Shown piece after piece: positions 28,008 through 38,270 of a DNA stretch of 64,000 nucleotides. The DNA comes from Rubripirellula sp. (lineage in GTDB: Bacteria > Planctomycetota > Planctomycetia > Pirellulales > Pirellulaceae): positions 3,040,001-3,104,000 of the forward strand of contig OZ244207.1 in assembly GCA_965216875.1 (NCBI GenBank), in the 5' to 3' direction. Each line of letters starts with the position of its first letter. The stretch's first letter is position 1. Below the pieces are notes generated by a model. That model was not told the origin of the DNA. It saw only the letters and a program-made list of their open reading frames with translations, and did not search any database. The translations under genes were made by a program, and so were the position numbers.

Positions 28008-29998
28008 TTCGTTTTCGAGTCCCGAATAGTCATCGCGTCAAACAAACGCTTCAGCGCGGGCCTGACCAAGACCTCTGCTCCGTACGGCGAAACATGATCG
28101 TCGTCGGCGTAGTAACTTCCTTCGGCCGAACCAATCATTGTAAATCCATCTGAATTGACGCAATCCGCCGTGGGATCAAAGAAGTTACCGCCCGGGATTG
28201 CGTTACCCAGAATCTGTAGAAAACCAGCCTGCCGACGATCGTGGTGCGACCGATGGACGCCAATCGGCACACCTTTGCCGAGGATGGCCGCACGACTTAG
28301 AGCTTTTCTCGGATCCTCAAGCTGAACGGGGACCTGCCCAACGAACCAAACGCCTACGCCTAAGGCATCGAGCTCCGAGACGGTTCGTTCAAGAGCCATT
28401 CTCATTGCATGGACGGCATCGTTTGCGTCGGAATTCCCTCTGGCATCCGGGTGATTTTCCTGAATCAGGACAGTGTTTGACTTTCCATCTGGAGTTCCCT
28501 CCAAGTACGCCGCCCAACGAGCTGCGAAAATCACATGCTTGACGTCATGCGTTTTGACGTAGTTCAAAACGCGGTCGTTCCATTCGATCGAATCGCGTCC
28601 CTTCAGCGAATTCCACACCCCTAACAACGGCGGCGTTCCTAGCTTCGCCGCCAAACGACCGCTTACCTCGTGCTCGACCGCAAGCTCGTCAAACTGACGC
28701 GCAATTGCAATTGCGTGGCTGTCGCCCCAAACCAAAAAATCAATTGCCATGGCATCTGCGTCGCTGCCAACGCGAGGAAACTCTCCCTCTCTGGCTTGGT
28801 CCAGGCTGCTGCGAAAACCTTTTGGAATCTTGGTGTCAGCAGCCGTATACCGCAGAACACCCTTGCTAAAACGGTTGGGGAAGCCGTCTGTCTTGATCAC
28901 CAGGGCGGACATCGCAATCAAGACACACGCTGAAGCCACAGTAAAAAGAAACGGACGCAAGCGTCTTTTATTGAATGACTGACCAGCCTTCGCGCGAAAT
29001 GGCGTTTCAACAAACCTCATCGATCCCCAAGCCAGCCCAAAACTCGCAACGATCAGAAGCACTGAAACTGCCCAAGTGAGTTCACGCCCGACCCAATAGC
29101 GCGTAATCGCAAATAGCGGCCAGTGCCAAAGGTAAAGTGAGTATGACAGCAAGCCCACATAAACCATCGGACGCGTCGAGAGCATGCGCGTCAGTCTCGA
29201 CTTCTCGTTTCCGTAATGAATAATCGCCACCGCCCCAATGCATGGAAGCATTGCTGCGAGCCCAGGGAATGGGGTGTTTTGATCGAACAACACATAGGAT
29301 GCTCCGATAAAGAACAATCCAATCCAGGGACCAGCGGAGATTAGCAACCCTTCTTGTTTCGGTTTTGGCAGAAACCAAATCAAGCACCCTAGAAGTAATT
29401 CCCAAGCTCTTGAGGGAAGCAAAAAGAATGCACCATTCGGATAGTGCGCAACGCCCCAGATGCTGATTCCGAGCGAGACCAAAAAAATCGAAAATAATGC
29501 AAACGCTTGTACACTTCGCCTGAAGCGATGCAACAAGACCAACAGGAATGGATAGCCGAGGTAAAACTGTTCTTCGACAGCGAGAGACCATGTATGCAAC
29601 AGCGGCTTTAAGTCTGAAGGGCCATCGAAATACCCGCTATCTCTAAAAAAGTAAACGTTCGCAATCATCAGCTGCTGAAAAATTGCTGACTCCGCGAGCT
29701 CCACTGAATCAATAGGCAACAACAATAATCCCAAACACAGTGTGACAAGCACCATGACACTCGCTGCTGGGACAATCCGTCTTATCCGACGAATCCAGAA
29801 ATCGACCAAACTAAATCGATTTTGTTGTTGGGCCTTCTGAATGAGACCGGTGATCAAGTAGCCCGATATCACAAAGAAGATATCAACGCCGACATATCCG
29901 CCGGGCGTCAATAGTCCCGCATGGAACGCGACGACTCCCAACACGGCAATCGCGCGAAGCCCATCGACGTCTGCTCGATAGCGAAGCTGACCTGACAT
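28004..29998 (-). CDS. Acyltransferase-3 + SGNH O-acyltransferase (OafA-like)
   Basis: DGLRAIAV, GVDIFFVISGY, HTWSLAVEEQFY, SYSLYLWHWP, GDSHA, DDDH. Confidence 0.92.
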   Translation of the reverse strand: MSGQLRYRADVDGLRAIAVLGVVAFHAGLLTPGGYVGVDIFFVISGYLITGLIQKAQQQNRFSLVDFWIRRIRRIVPAASVMVLVTLCLGLLLLPIDSVELAESAIFQQLMIANVYFFRDSGYFDGPSDLKPLLHTWSLAVEEQFYLGYPFLLVLLHRFRRSVQAFALFSIFLVSLGISIWGVAHYPNGAFFLLPSRAWELLLGCLIWFLPKPKQEGLLISAGPWIGLFFIGASYVLFDQNTPFPGLAAMLPCIGAVAIIHYGNEKSRLTRMLSTRPMVYVGLLSYSLYLWHWPLFAITRYWVGRELTWAVSVLLIVASFGLAWGSMRFVETPFRAKAGQSFNKRRLRPFLFTVASACVLIAMSALVIKTDGFPNRFSKGVLRYTAADTKIPKGFRSSLDQAREGEFPRVGSDADAMAIDFLVWGDSHAIAIARQFDELAVEHEVSGRLAAKLGTPPLLGVWNSLKGRDSIEWNDRVLNYVKTHDVKHVIFAARWAAYLEGTPDGKSNTVLIQENHPDARGNSDANDAVHAMRMALERTVSELDALGVGVWFVGQVPVQLEDPRKALSRAAILGKGVPIGVHRSHHDRRQAGFLQILGNAIPGGNFFDPTADCVNSDGFTMIGSAEGSYYADDDHVSPYGAEVLVRPALKRLFDAMTIRDSKTK

Positions 29999-30020
29999 TC
30001 TGCTGGTGACTGCTATCCGC

Positions 30021-30785
30021 CTACTGATTCGGACTGATGCGAGCATGCGCCGGATCATCTAAGAATCCTTCGCTGATAAACAGCATGTCTGTCCAGCTCA
30101 CAACGTTCCGTTGAAAATGCGGGCGGTAGAAAGAAGCAAGGCGGAAATGACGATCACGAAGATATCGAAACACTTCGTCGAAACCAGCCACGCCCTGGTA
30201 CTGGTCTGAAAAGATGAACTCAAAATAGACCAAGCCTATGCGGCCCTCAGACATTAGACGGTCAGCGCCTTTCAGAACTTCAAAGTCAAAACCCTGCGTG
30301 TCGGACTTGAGCACATCTACATATTGGATTGAGTTCTCTTCTGCGAACGAATCCAGTGTCACAACATCGACTTCAACTCGCTGCGACACCTTGCCAGTGC
30401 ATAGGCTACCTGGTTCTAGAAACGAACTCATGTACGACTGCTCGTTCTCAACAAACGTCAGCTTACCATTCTCAGAACCCACACCCTTGTTCCAGAGCGT
30501 CACATCTTGCCAGCCCATCTTCTCGGCGTTCTGCTGCAATTCGGAAAATGTGCTCCCGCTTGGCTCAAATGAGTGAATCACGGGCGAGTCAAAACACCAC
30601 TTGAGCTTTTGTATCGTTTGGCCAACGTTAGCACCGATATCAAGACACGTCGGCGTGGCTATATCGCGAGCATAGTCCTTCATGTCGTGATACGGATCTT
30701 GGCCGCGTCCCGAAGGTTTGTACTTCTTAATGTCATATCCAGTTTTCCGGATTGCGGAGCGAATAAGTTCTTTTAGCTTGTTCAT
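30021..30785 (-). CDS. FkbM-family methyltransferase
   Basis: DIGANVG, SFEP, TLDSF, LKSDTQGFD. Confidence 0.9.
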   Translation of the reverse strand: MNKLKELIRSAIRKTGYDIKKYKPSGRGQDPYHDMKDYARDIATPTCLDIGANVGQTIQKLKWCFDSPVIHSFEPSGSTFSELQQNAEKMGWQDVTLWNKGVGSENGKLTFVENEQSYMSSFLEPGSLCTGKVSQRVEVDVVTLDSFAEENSIQYVDVLKSDTQGFDFEVLKGADRLMSEGRIGLVYFEFIFSDQYQGVAGFDEVFRYLRDRHFRLASFYRPHFQRNVVSWTDMLFISEGFLDDPAHARISPNQ

Positions 30786-30827
30786 ATTGGCGTACGTTCG
30801 TGGATGTTCTTTCTTGACGTTTGCTGG

Positions 30828-31709
30828 TCAATCGGTTCGAGTCGAGCTGCATAGCAAATAGCGGCTATCCCGAAATGGGGCGACGGAAACGGGTGCATGC
30901 GGCCCGTCGGTAAGCAGCAAGCGATGTTCGTTATGCATGGCATGACATATTCTTTGAAAATGCCGCAGTCGCGGATCGTGACTGAGTTCGATGACCTTGG
31001 CGTTGGCACGCATCCAAAGACAATTTGCGAGGCCGGCCCCGTGCTGCCCGACCACAACCGCCGCTCTATCAAAGAGATCAATTTGCTCGGCGAAATCTAA
31101 CTCCTCCAAACGCACATTCCGAAACTCCATATCAGCGGGAGTCGATCCGGCAATCGCTTCCTGTAGTTCTGCGTGGTTGGGAATGGAGCGACGAGAGCTC
31201 CCCGCTCCTTTCTTTATCGCATGGTTGGCGAAATAGTCATTTGGCGGCATACGTTCGATCAATAACACAAGGTTTTGAGGTGTGCTTGCGGATTGCTTGT
31301 AAACATCAACCGCCATTCGCTTGAGCGACGCAAAATGCTCTGCATGTAGACCAACCCACTGGGCGTTCATCCCCAAGAGTGGGTGTGCTGAATCTCCGTT
31401 GGATCCCGAGTCGCGGTCGACAATCTCAACTCGCCCCGAAAACAACTCGGCTACACGGGGAGAAAAGATCCCGAAATCCTCAATCACGAAATGAACCTGC
31501 TCGTCAACTCGCTCAATCACCTGTGCTAGGGGCAAGCACAAATCAAACAGAAAGTGATAGTAGTGCTCCACACGATTGACGGGTTGAAGCAGGATACGCT
31601 GTTGGTTTCGTGATGCGGCGATAATCGACTTGCGGTTCCTTGCTCCATGAATGGCGCGAGCCTGGCGCAGTACTGACTCAGGGACAACCCGCTTGAGTGC
31701 CTTAAGCAT
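30828..31709 (-). CDS. GT61-family glycosyltransferase
   Basis: HYYHFLFD, RSIPNHAEL, EQIDLF, GQHGAGLAN. Confidence 0.8.
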   Translation of the reverse strand: MLKALKRVVPESVLRQARAIHGARNRKSIIAASRNQQRILLQPVNRVEHYYHFLFDLCLPLAQVIERVDEQVHFVIEDFGIFSPRVAELFSGRVEIVDRDSGSNGDSAHPLLGMNAQWVGLHAEHFASLKRMAVDVYKQSASTPQNLVLLIERMPPNDYFANHAIKKGAGSSRRSIPNHAELQEAIAGSTPADMEFRNVRLEELDFAEQIDLFDRAAVVVGQHGAGLANCLWMRANAKVIELSHDPRLRHFQRICHAMHNEHRLLLTDGPHAPVSVAPFRDSRYLLCSSTRTD

Positions 31710-33468
31710 CGGCGCCTCCTACGACAGCGTTTCGCTGGCTAGCGGTTGCACCGTTCGTTGCGTTCTCGGCGATTGCATCCACTGCCGAAATGATTTGGCG
31801 ATACGTTTTTTCAAACCCCTCCACGGATCGTCCGTAAGGATCCGCGATTTGGATATTGGCGCCGCTGACCGCGTGATTGAGCATGAACACCTTGTTCATT
31901 GAATCGGGCATGTCCGTCCTTAACCGCTCGTAGTTCTCGTAATCAAAGACGATCACGACATCCGTTTGATCGACCAACTCCTGCGTCAGCAACACCGACC
32001 TGTGCGACTCGAGATCGATACCAAATCGAGAAGCAGCGACGCTTGCTTCCTTTGGCGAGGGCCGCCCCGACTTGGGGAAGTACCCAGAGCTTGTCACGCG
32101 AACGCTGGGCCGAAGTTTGCTTTTGGCGTAATGATGCGCAAACGGGCTACGGCAGATGTTTCCCTTGCAAACGAACATGACAGAATTGCAGCCCGCCAAT
32201 CGATCGAGAAGCTTCGCACGATTCCGCGAGCGCGCCCACTTCGTCGACATCATTCGCAACCGCGTCTTTCGCCCAGCGCCAGCCATGACCTCTTTGACTA
32301 ACCGTTGGCACTCAGCGAAGAAAGGCTTGGGGTCGTCGAGTGAAAACGTATCGACACACTCTTTGCCGACCACTGCACGACCCAACGCCCCAGTCATTCC
32401 ACTAACAAACCGTGTCACTTTCGTTGCGACGGACACATTCTTTGATCGCAAGAAATCAGAGCACCAGTTTTTGTCGGAGGTTAGATTACGGCAATGAACG
32501 TTTTCGCGGAACGTGCTCACCTCTGGAACGGTTCCGTTACATAGCATTTTGTAGAGATCGGCTGGAAAGTCGGCACCGCTCGCGACAGCCAACGGCAAAG
32601 AACCCCAGAAACGACCATTGATCTCGACAAATCGCCACTGGTCCGTTGGCCGGTCCCATAGAAACTCGACCATGCCCACACCGGTGTAGTTCAACTTTCG
32701 CACCATGCGTGCGGTCGCGTCCAGCATGTCTGGATGCAAATCAATACTCTTGCGGTACGAACTGCCGCCTCCGCCAGGAGGCTCGTGCAGCCGCAGATGT
32801 TGGAACGTTGTCAACAGCTCTCCGTCTTTGGAGAGAAACTCAACCCCCGTGCCAACACCCGAAAAAAACTCCTGGGCGAGTACTCGCTCAGAGCGTTCGA
32901 GCATTTTTGACAAAGTCGCCTCGAGCTGTGAACGCGTATTCGCAATTACAACTTCTTGCTTCCGATCAAGCTTGTTTGACAGAAACGACGAATCGGGCTT
33001 GAGCACCACGGGCAGCCCGAGGGCCTGCACAGCGACTTCGGCCTGTCTCGCATCGTGCAGATGGAGGCCGCTAGGAACTGGGACATCGACCGACTTTGCC
33101 AATGCCGCAGAGTTGACTTTACTGTTGACAATCTCGAAGGTGTCATCGTCCAAGACGTAGTACGAATCAAAATCAACGATTCGATCTCGGTGTTCGCGAA
33201 TCGCAATCGCCGCTTGATCATTGCAAGGGAGGATTAGCTCGAAACGAAAATCACGTTGCAACTGATTGAGCGAGTCAATCCAATTTCCGTCACCTCCCCA
33301 TGGCGTCGCAATTTCGTGCGTGGAAGCAAGATGACGTGAGCGGCGCGCAATCGAATCAATCGCAGTCCAAGCCGAATGCACTTCAACGCCACAGCGCGCG
33401 ACGGATCGAACGACAGCGAGAAAGCTGCGTGTGTCGGAGCCCAGAACGAGGATGCGAGATTGACTCAA
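31702..33468 (-). CDS. ATP-grasp ligase fused to low-molecular-weight protein-tyrosine phosphatase
   Basis: PVVLKP, QEFFSG, RLHE, VEF, EINGRFWGS; C-terminal VCKGNICRSP (CX5R) and DPY. Confidence 0.85.
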   Translation of the reverse strand: MSQSRILVLGSDTRSFLAVVRSVARCGVEVHSAWTAIDSIARRSRHLASTHEIATPWGGDGNWIDSLNQLQRDFRFELILPCNDQAAIAIREHRDRIVDFDSYYVLDDDTFEIVNSKVNSAALAKSVDVPVPSGLHLHDARQAEVAVQALGLPVVLKPDSSFLSNKLDRKQEVVIANTRSQLEATLSKMLERSERVLAQEFFSGVGTGVEFLSKDGELLTTFQHLRLHEPPGGGGSSYRKSIDLHPDMLDATARMVRKLNYTGVGMVEFLWDRPTDQWRFVEINGRFWGSLPLAVASGADFPADLYKMLCNGTVPEVSTFRENVHCRNLTSDKNWCSDFLRSKNVSVATKVTRFVSGMTGALGRAVVGKECVDTFSLDDPKPFFAECQRLVKEVMAGAGRKTRLRMMSTKWARSRNRAKLLDRLAGCNSVMFVCKGNICRSPFAHHYAKSKLRPSVRVTSSGYFPKSGRPSPKEASVAASRFGIDLESHRSVLLTQELVDQTDVVIVFDYENYERLRTDMPDSMNKVFMLNHAVSGANIQIADPYGRSVEGFEKTYRQIISAVDAIAENATNGATASQRNAVVGGADA

Positions 33469-33489
33469 TGTGCTGACTTTTGGTGCTAC

Positions 33490-34404
33490 CTAGGCGACTA
33501 GGCGGTCCAACCTGCTTCGGATATTCCTGCGGACCCACCGGTCATGCATCGATTGTTTCCAATCACGTGCAGGCCTTCGCACATAGGTGTGAATCCGACA
33601 GACGAGGTGTTTGACCATGAGCGCGCGATAAAAGTCGGACTCGAAAGCACTTTCCATTCCAAGCCCGCTCAAGATCGCCCGTCGATACTGCCGAACCGGA
33701 GCTCGCAGCCACGGCCGATAAATCTTGGCCATCTCTAATCGATGAATCAGATAGGTTGCATCATCAAGTGGCGTCCCGGTCCGAGCCATGGCGAAGTCGA
33801 TCGGAGTCAGCACTCCGCTTCCCCACAAAAGGTTGCCCGGCGCATAGTCGCTATGTGCCCAAACTCGCGGCAGACTTCGAAAGTCCGGTTCGATGCGTGA
33901 GAGAAACCGTAGAATCTGGTCTCGAGCATGAGCCTTAGGCCATGGGTATCCAAAATCGGAACGAAGCGACTCGATTCGCAAGGCACAGTAGTCGACCAGA
34001 GATTCTGGATCCTTGTCGGTTGCGGGTTGGCGCTCATGCAATACCGGAAGACGATGCAGTTTTTGCAACCAACGGCCCGCGAGGAACCATGGAAAGAGTT
34101 CAAGCGACTGTCTTGATGCACTATGAATCTGCTGCTCGAGGGTTTGACCAGCAACCTCGTAGGTCTCGATCATCGGAACGGACGGATCGCTGGAAGCAAC
34201 GCGGACCACACCCAACCTTCGTCCGAACATTCCGCTAGCGGCAATTTCCTTGATTAGGTGCAACTCGGTTGCCGCCCGCCTTCGAATGACCTCATCATCG
34301 CCCCCCCAATCATCGGTCACATAGTGCTTTCGGTAGACCGCGCCATGATCGGTTGGCACACGCTGGATTTGACTGCTTGGTCGCGAAATCAAAGCATCAC
34401 TCAT
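33490..34404 (-). CDS. APH/choline-kinase-like phosphotransferase
   Basis: Brenner-type HSDYAPGN and IDF; preceded by GRWLQKLH. Confidence 0.75.
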   Translation of the reverse strand: MSDALISRPSSQIQRVPTDHGAVYRKHYVTDDWGGDDEVIRRRAATELHLIKEIAASGMFGRRLGVVRVASSDPSVPMIETYEVAGQTLEQQIHSASRQSLELFPWFLAGRWLQKLHRLPVLHERQPATDKDPESLVDYCALRIESLRSDFGYPWPKAHARDQILRFLSRIEPDFRSLPRVWAHSDYAPGNLLWGSGVLTPIDFAMARTGTPLDDATYLIHRLEMAKIYRPWLRAPVRQYRRAILSGLGMESAFESDFYRALMVKHLVCRIHTYVRRPARDWKQSMHDRWVRRNIRSRLDRLVA

Positions 34405-35699
34405 TGCGCAGTCACTCCGTCGATTGTCGGTGCTTGCGCCTCAGCCAACGTTGCGATGGCGATGATCATTGCAACCATCCAGTAGCCCCACTCGGCACTG
34501 ACCATGTCTCCAAAAAGACAGGTAAGCAGATACCCGACGAAGCCGCTCATGACAGCGCACATCGCCAGCAGCAAGAACTCGTTAAAGTTTGGATCGCCTC
34601 TTGAGTTTCGGATTACTTGCCAAGAAATCCGAACAGCCACAAAGAACCAGAAGAGACGCAGCAACAAACCTTGAATCCCCCATTCACAGGCCTCATTTAG
34701 ATAACCGTTGTGTACCGCCCGCGCTACGTCAGAGACACCATTCTTTCTCAGATATTTGACGCCATGTACCTTTTTGAAACCATGCCCTCCAGCGCCCAAC
34801 GGATGATCACTGATCATCTCAAGAGCACAACCCCAGAAATCGAGCCTTGATTGCGCCGAACTATCCCTTTCCTCACCGCTTGAGAAAGTTGTCATGAATC
34901 GATCGATGATCCGTTGATCACCCAACATCAAAAAGACTGCAAAGGCCCCAACACCTAACGTGATCCATGCCTTGCGCCGAACTTTGGTTGGGGCAACGCA
35001 GGCAAAAACGACCCCTGTGAGAATCGCCGCCAAAAAGGCCCCACGACTGTTACAGAGTAGGACCACATTGATGATCATTGGCGCCGAGAGAACAACCAGG
35101 AATCGCATCCAGTTCTTGCCAACCAAAAAGAAAGGGGCCACAAGCGGTAAGACTGTCACCATCAGCGACGCAAAGTGGTTGGCGGTCGTCGCCCCTGGTG
35201 CCCCCACACCTTCAAGACGGTTGTTGACGATCGCACCTCGGTCATTGAATGTCACTTCATAGCCAATGTAGGCCGCACCAAGGATCATCGACAGCATCAC
35301 AATCTGAAGGTCTGAAACATCCTTGATGGTACGATTCATCAAGTAGACCAATAGCAAGAACTTCATCATGAGAGTAAACGGATCCGCGCTGACCTCCGTC
35401 CCGCCCCCAAATGCGAAGTGAACGACGGCAGCATTCAAAACCATGAGCCCGCCGGCGATCACAAGCGGCCGAATCCGGCCTGATGTCGTGGGGGCAGGGC
35501 ACAGGAATGATGCCCCCAACAACAGAAAGCCAACGTAGAAATTCCAACGGTAGCCCGCGATCGGATCGCCCCACCACCAAAATGGTGGCGAGAGGAAAAA
35601 CGTAAGGAGATAGGCGACCACCGCGAGTACGGGTCGCTGAACAGAACCAATCGCCAGGCCAGCTAGCAGGACCATCCAGATCAGGAGTGTCAAACTCAT
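34401..35699 (-). CDS. O-antigen ligase/Wzy_C family membrane protein (exosortase-associated glycosylation ligase or polymerase)
   Basis: Multiple TM helices; NHFA, SRGA, SRLDFW, HPLGAG, HNGYL..EWG. Confidence 0.85.
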   Translation of the reverse strand: MSLTLLIWMVLLAGLAIGSVQRPVLAVVAYLLTFFLSPPFWWWGDPIAGYRWNFYVGFLLLGASFLCPAPTTSGRIRPLVIAGGLMVLNAAVVHFAFGGGTEVSADPFTLMMKFLLLVYLMNRTIKDVSDLQIVMLSMILGAAYIGYEVTFNDRGAIVNNRLEGVGAPGATTANHFASLMVTVLPLVAPFFLVGKNWMRFLVVLSAPMIINVVLLCNSRGAFLAAILTGVVFACVAPTKVRRKAWITLGVGAFAVFLMLGDQRIIDRFMTTFSSGEERDSSAQSRLDFWGCALEMISDHPLGAGGHGFKKVHGVKYLRKNGVSDVARAVHNGYLNEACEWGIQGLLLRLFWFFVAVRISWQVIRNSRGDPNFNEFLLLAMCAVMSGFVGYLLTCLFGDMVSAEWGYWMVAMIIAIATLAEAQAPTIDGVTAQ

Positions 35700-36877
35700 G
35701 CATCGACCTCTTGTAGATCGATACTCTGAACACGATCGTGCGTGCCTACCGCATTCAGTCCTTCCTTGTAATAGGCATCGAGCGTTTCGATGAAAACGTC
35801 TTCACTGTAGCTTCTATTGTGGTTCCGTTTGGCAGCTACCCCTAACTGCTCGCGTATCGACGTGTCTTCACTCAAGTTCACCATCGCATTTCGGATTGCG
35901 TCGACGGATTCAGGTTCGACCACGACACCGCACTCATCGTCGGCGCCGACAACGAGCGTTCGACTGTCGCCAACATCGGTTGCGATGATCGGCAAACCAC
36001 ACGCCATGGCCTCGACCACGGATTGGCTCATCCCCTCACTGCGGCTCGAATTGAAATAAACGTCCATTGCCGCGAGGTAGGGCCAAGTATCGGATTGGTG
36101 CCCGACAAAATGCACGCGTTGCCGGCGTTCATCCGGCAAGAGCTTTTCGATCGTTTCCCGTTCACTTCCATCGCCAACGAGCAACAAGTGGCAACTGGGC
36201 CCTGAGTCACTCAGCTCAACGAACGCCCGAACTGCAATGTCAAACCCTTTGACGTGTGCCAGTCGCCCCACGCTACCAAAAACCACTTGATCGCTTTGGA
36301 TTCCAAGTTCGCGACGCACCTGCTTGCGACCAAGTTCCAACGCTTGCTTGTCGGGCGCTGAAACACCGTTTGGGATAATCTTGATTCTCTCTCGCTTGTA
36401 ACCGCTCCGCTGCTCGACGCGTGCGGCAACCGAGTGTGCGTTACTCATCACACCATTTACTCGCTTCAACATCGCAGCCATGACCTTAGCGCGTGCATGA
36501 TGGCGAAGCCCTCCCGCTTCAACACGGCCCAAAACCGTCCCCCGTTCGGCATGAATGTGCACAGGTACTTTTGCGAATTTGCGAGCGACGGACGTTTCGA
36601 CCAAAGTCCCCCAGTTGTGCGATTGCACGATATCGAAGCCGCCTTTGCGGAGAGCGGTCCACAAGCGGCGAAAAATGCCGAGGTCGTTCCCCGGGCGTTT
36701 CTTGAGCTCGATAATCTCCACTGGACGCCCGAGCCACTGGGCCGCGTCTCCAGAACGGTCCAAACAAATGATGACAGGACTGTATCGGTCGCTCGGAAGA
36801 CCATTGACAATACGCGTCACCGACCGCTCAATCCCGCCAGGTCTCAGACTATGAACAACAAAGGCGATGCGGATCAT
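35696..36877 (-). CDS. GT4 glycosyltransferase
   Basis: GGIE, SHNW, IPNGV, VGRL..KG, SEGMSQSVVEAMACG. Confidence 0.9.
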   Translation of the reverse strand: MIRIAFVVHSLRPGGIERSVTRIVNGLPSDRYSPVIICLDRSGDAAQWLGRPVEIIELKKRPGNDLGIFRRLWTALRKGGFDIVQSHNWGTLVETSVARKFAKVPVHIHAERGTVLGRVEAGGLRHHARAKVMAAMLKRVNGVMSNAHSVAARVEQRSGYKRERIKIIPNGVSAPDKQALELGRKQVRRELGIQSDQVVFGSVGRLAHVKGFDIAVRAFVELSDSGPSCHLLLVGDGSERETIEKLLPDERRQRVHFVGHQSDTWPYLAAMDVYFNSSRSEGMSQSVVEAMACGLPIIATDVGDSRTLVVGADDECGVVVEPESVDAIRNAMVNLSEDTSIREQLGVAAKRNHNRSYSEDVFIETLDAYYKEGLNAVGTHDRVQSIDLQEVDA

Positions 36878-38265
36878 GCGCGCTGTGCCTCCATTGCTCG
36901 GCGAAACGCAGCGTCAAATAGCTGCATCTGTGCCCGCCCATCGTAGCGTTCGAGGTGAACACCCTCTGGTATGGAAAGACCGCCGTTTCGATGTGCGTCC
37001 ACCAATTCCAAAACAACCCGCTTTAATTCGTCGTTGCCTTGCGGTGAAACACAGGGGCCCACCCCCTCTTTGAGAACAATGTCCGCGGTCGCTCCGTCGC
37101 CGGCCAGCGTGAATACCGGTCGGCCGACGGCAAGGTATTCGTAAAGTTTGCCAGGAACACATAGCGGCGCGTCGGTCTGAACCAAAAGTAAGACGTCAGC
37201 GCCGTAGAGTTCCGTCAAGCACTCACTGTGTGGAATCGAAGGACGAACGTTGACCATCTTGGTGATACCAAGGTCAGCCGCAAGCCTCTTCTCGTGATCA
37301 CGGCCAGCTGCGCCGATCAAAACCAACTCAATGTCGTCTGCGCCAATGGCTTCGGTCTTACGGAGCTCCCCAAGTGCAACAAGCAACGCATCGATGTTGC
37401 GTTTTCCGTAGAACGCACCAGTATGGACAATTCGAAGCGGTCTTCGATTCGTCTCGCCTTGCCCATCGACCGATGCTGGGGGTGCCGATGAAAAATCGGC
37501 AGGGTCGAAACCATTAGGGATCACACAGAACTTCTCACTAGTCAGGTCTGGATACCTACTTTGAGCCTCGTCGCAAGCACGGGCGGTATTGAAGATCACG
37601 CCGTCCGCAAAACGGATCACCTTGGATTCAAGCTCACGATGCTTGCGACCAACCCAAGTATCACCGCGGCGTTGCGGCCGAAAATTGTTTCCAACCCAGG
37701 GATCTCGGAAGTCGGCTACCCAAGCGACATCGTGCGTTTGCTTTAAACGTCGCGCGATCAAGTGATTCGTCCAAGGCGGCCCTGAACTGTAGAGCAAATC
37801 ACAACGCGAAGCGGCCAACGCCCGTTTCCCCTTACGAACGGCGAACGGCATCCAGCCGATCCAGCGGTCTGGAGTCATCAGTGGCACAGTCACCGCATCC
37901 TTGGCCCGCTGCACCATTCCGGACGACGGTTTCTCTTTTGTCGAAGTCACCGAAGCCGATTTGGGTGTTGCCCCGCGTTCCTTTGAAGAAATGGGCTTCG
38001 AGTTGCGAGTCAGCAATTTCTTGCCAGCCTGTAACCACTGGTTGGGATGGGCCGCGCGCGTTCGGTGCACTTTGATGTCTTGCGAAATCTGCGAGAGCGA
38101 TTCCTGAGATATCCTTGATCCCTCCAGATACGAGGTGGGGTCAACCGTCAAGACTTCCAGATCCCATCCAAGTTCAGGCAGGTATTTTGCGATCCGAATC
38201 GACCGGAATGTGCCCGCAGATTGAAACGGGGGAAAGTGCGTCGCGACGAGAAAACAGCGTGACAT
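36874..38265 (-). CDS. GT4 glycosyltransferase
   Basis: FPP, SSGPPW, DFRDPW, PNGFD, PGKLYEY. Confidence 0.88.
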   Translation of the reverse strand: MSRCFLVATHFPPFQSAGTFRSIRIAKYLPELGWDLEVLTVDPTSYLEGSRISQESLSQISQDIKVHRTRAAHPNQWLQAGKKLLTRNSKPISSKERGATPKSASVTSTKEKPSSGMVQRAKDAVTVPLMTPDRWIGWMPFAVRKGKRALAASRCDLLYSSGPPWTNHLIARRLKQTHDVAWVADFRDPWVGNNFRPQRRGDTWVGRKHRELESKVIRFADGVIFNTARACDEAQSRYPDLTSEKFCVIPNGFDPADFSSAPPASVDGQGETNRRPLRIVHTGAFYGKRNIDALLVALGELRKTEAIGADDIELVLIGAAGRDHEKRLAADLGITKMVNVRPSIPHSECLTELYGADVLLLVQTDAPLCVPGKLYEYLAVGRPVFTLAGDGATADIVLKEGVGPCVSPQGNDELKRVVLELVDAHRNGGLSIPEGVHLERYDGRAQMQLFDAAFRRAMEAQRA

Positions 38266-38270
38266 GATCG

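Noticed and set aside
30782..31081. 99-aa ORF whose stop overlaps the FkbM start, hinting at a GT61 3' frameshift
   Set aside because: GT61 already has its core motifs and a plausible end; there is no evidence for a shift without homolog alignment.
15116..34404. VanZ and APH-like genes as antibiotic resistance determinants
   Set aside because: Both are embedded in the EPS operon, and these families are common there without a resistance role.
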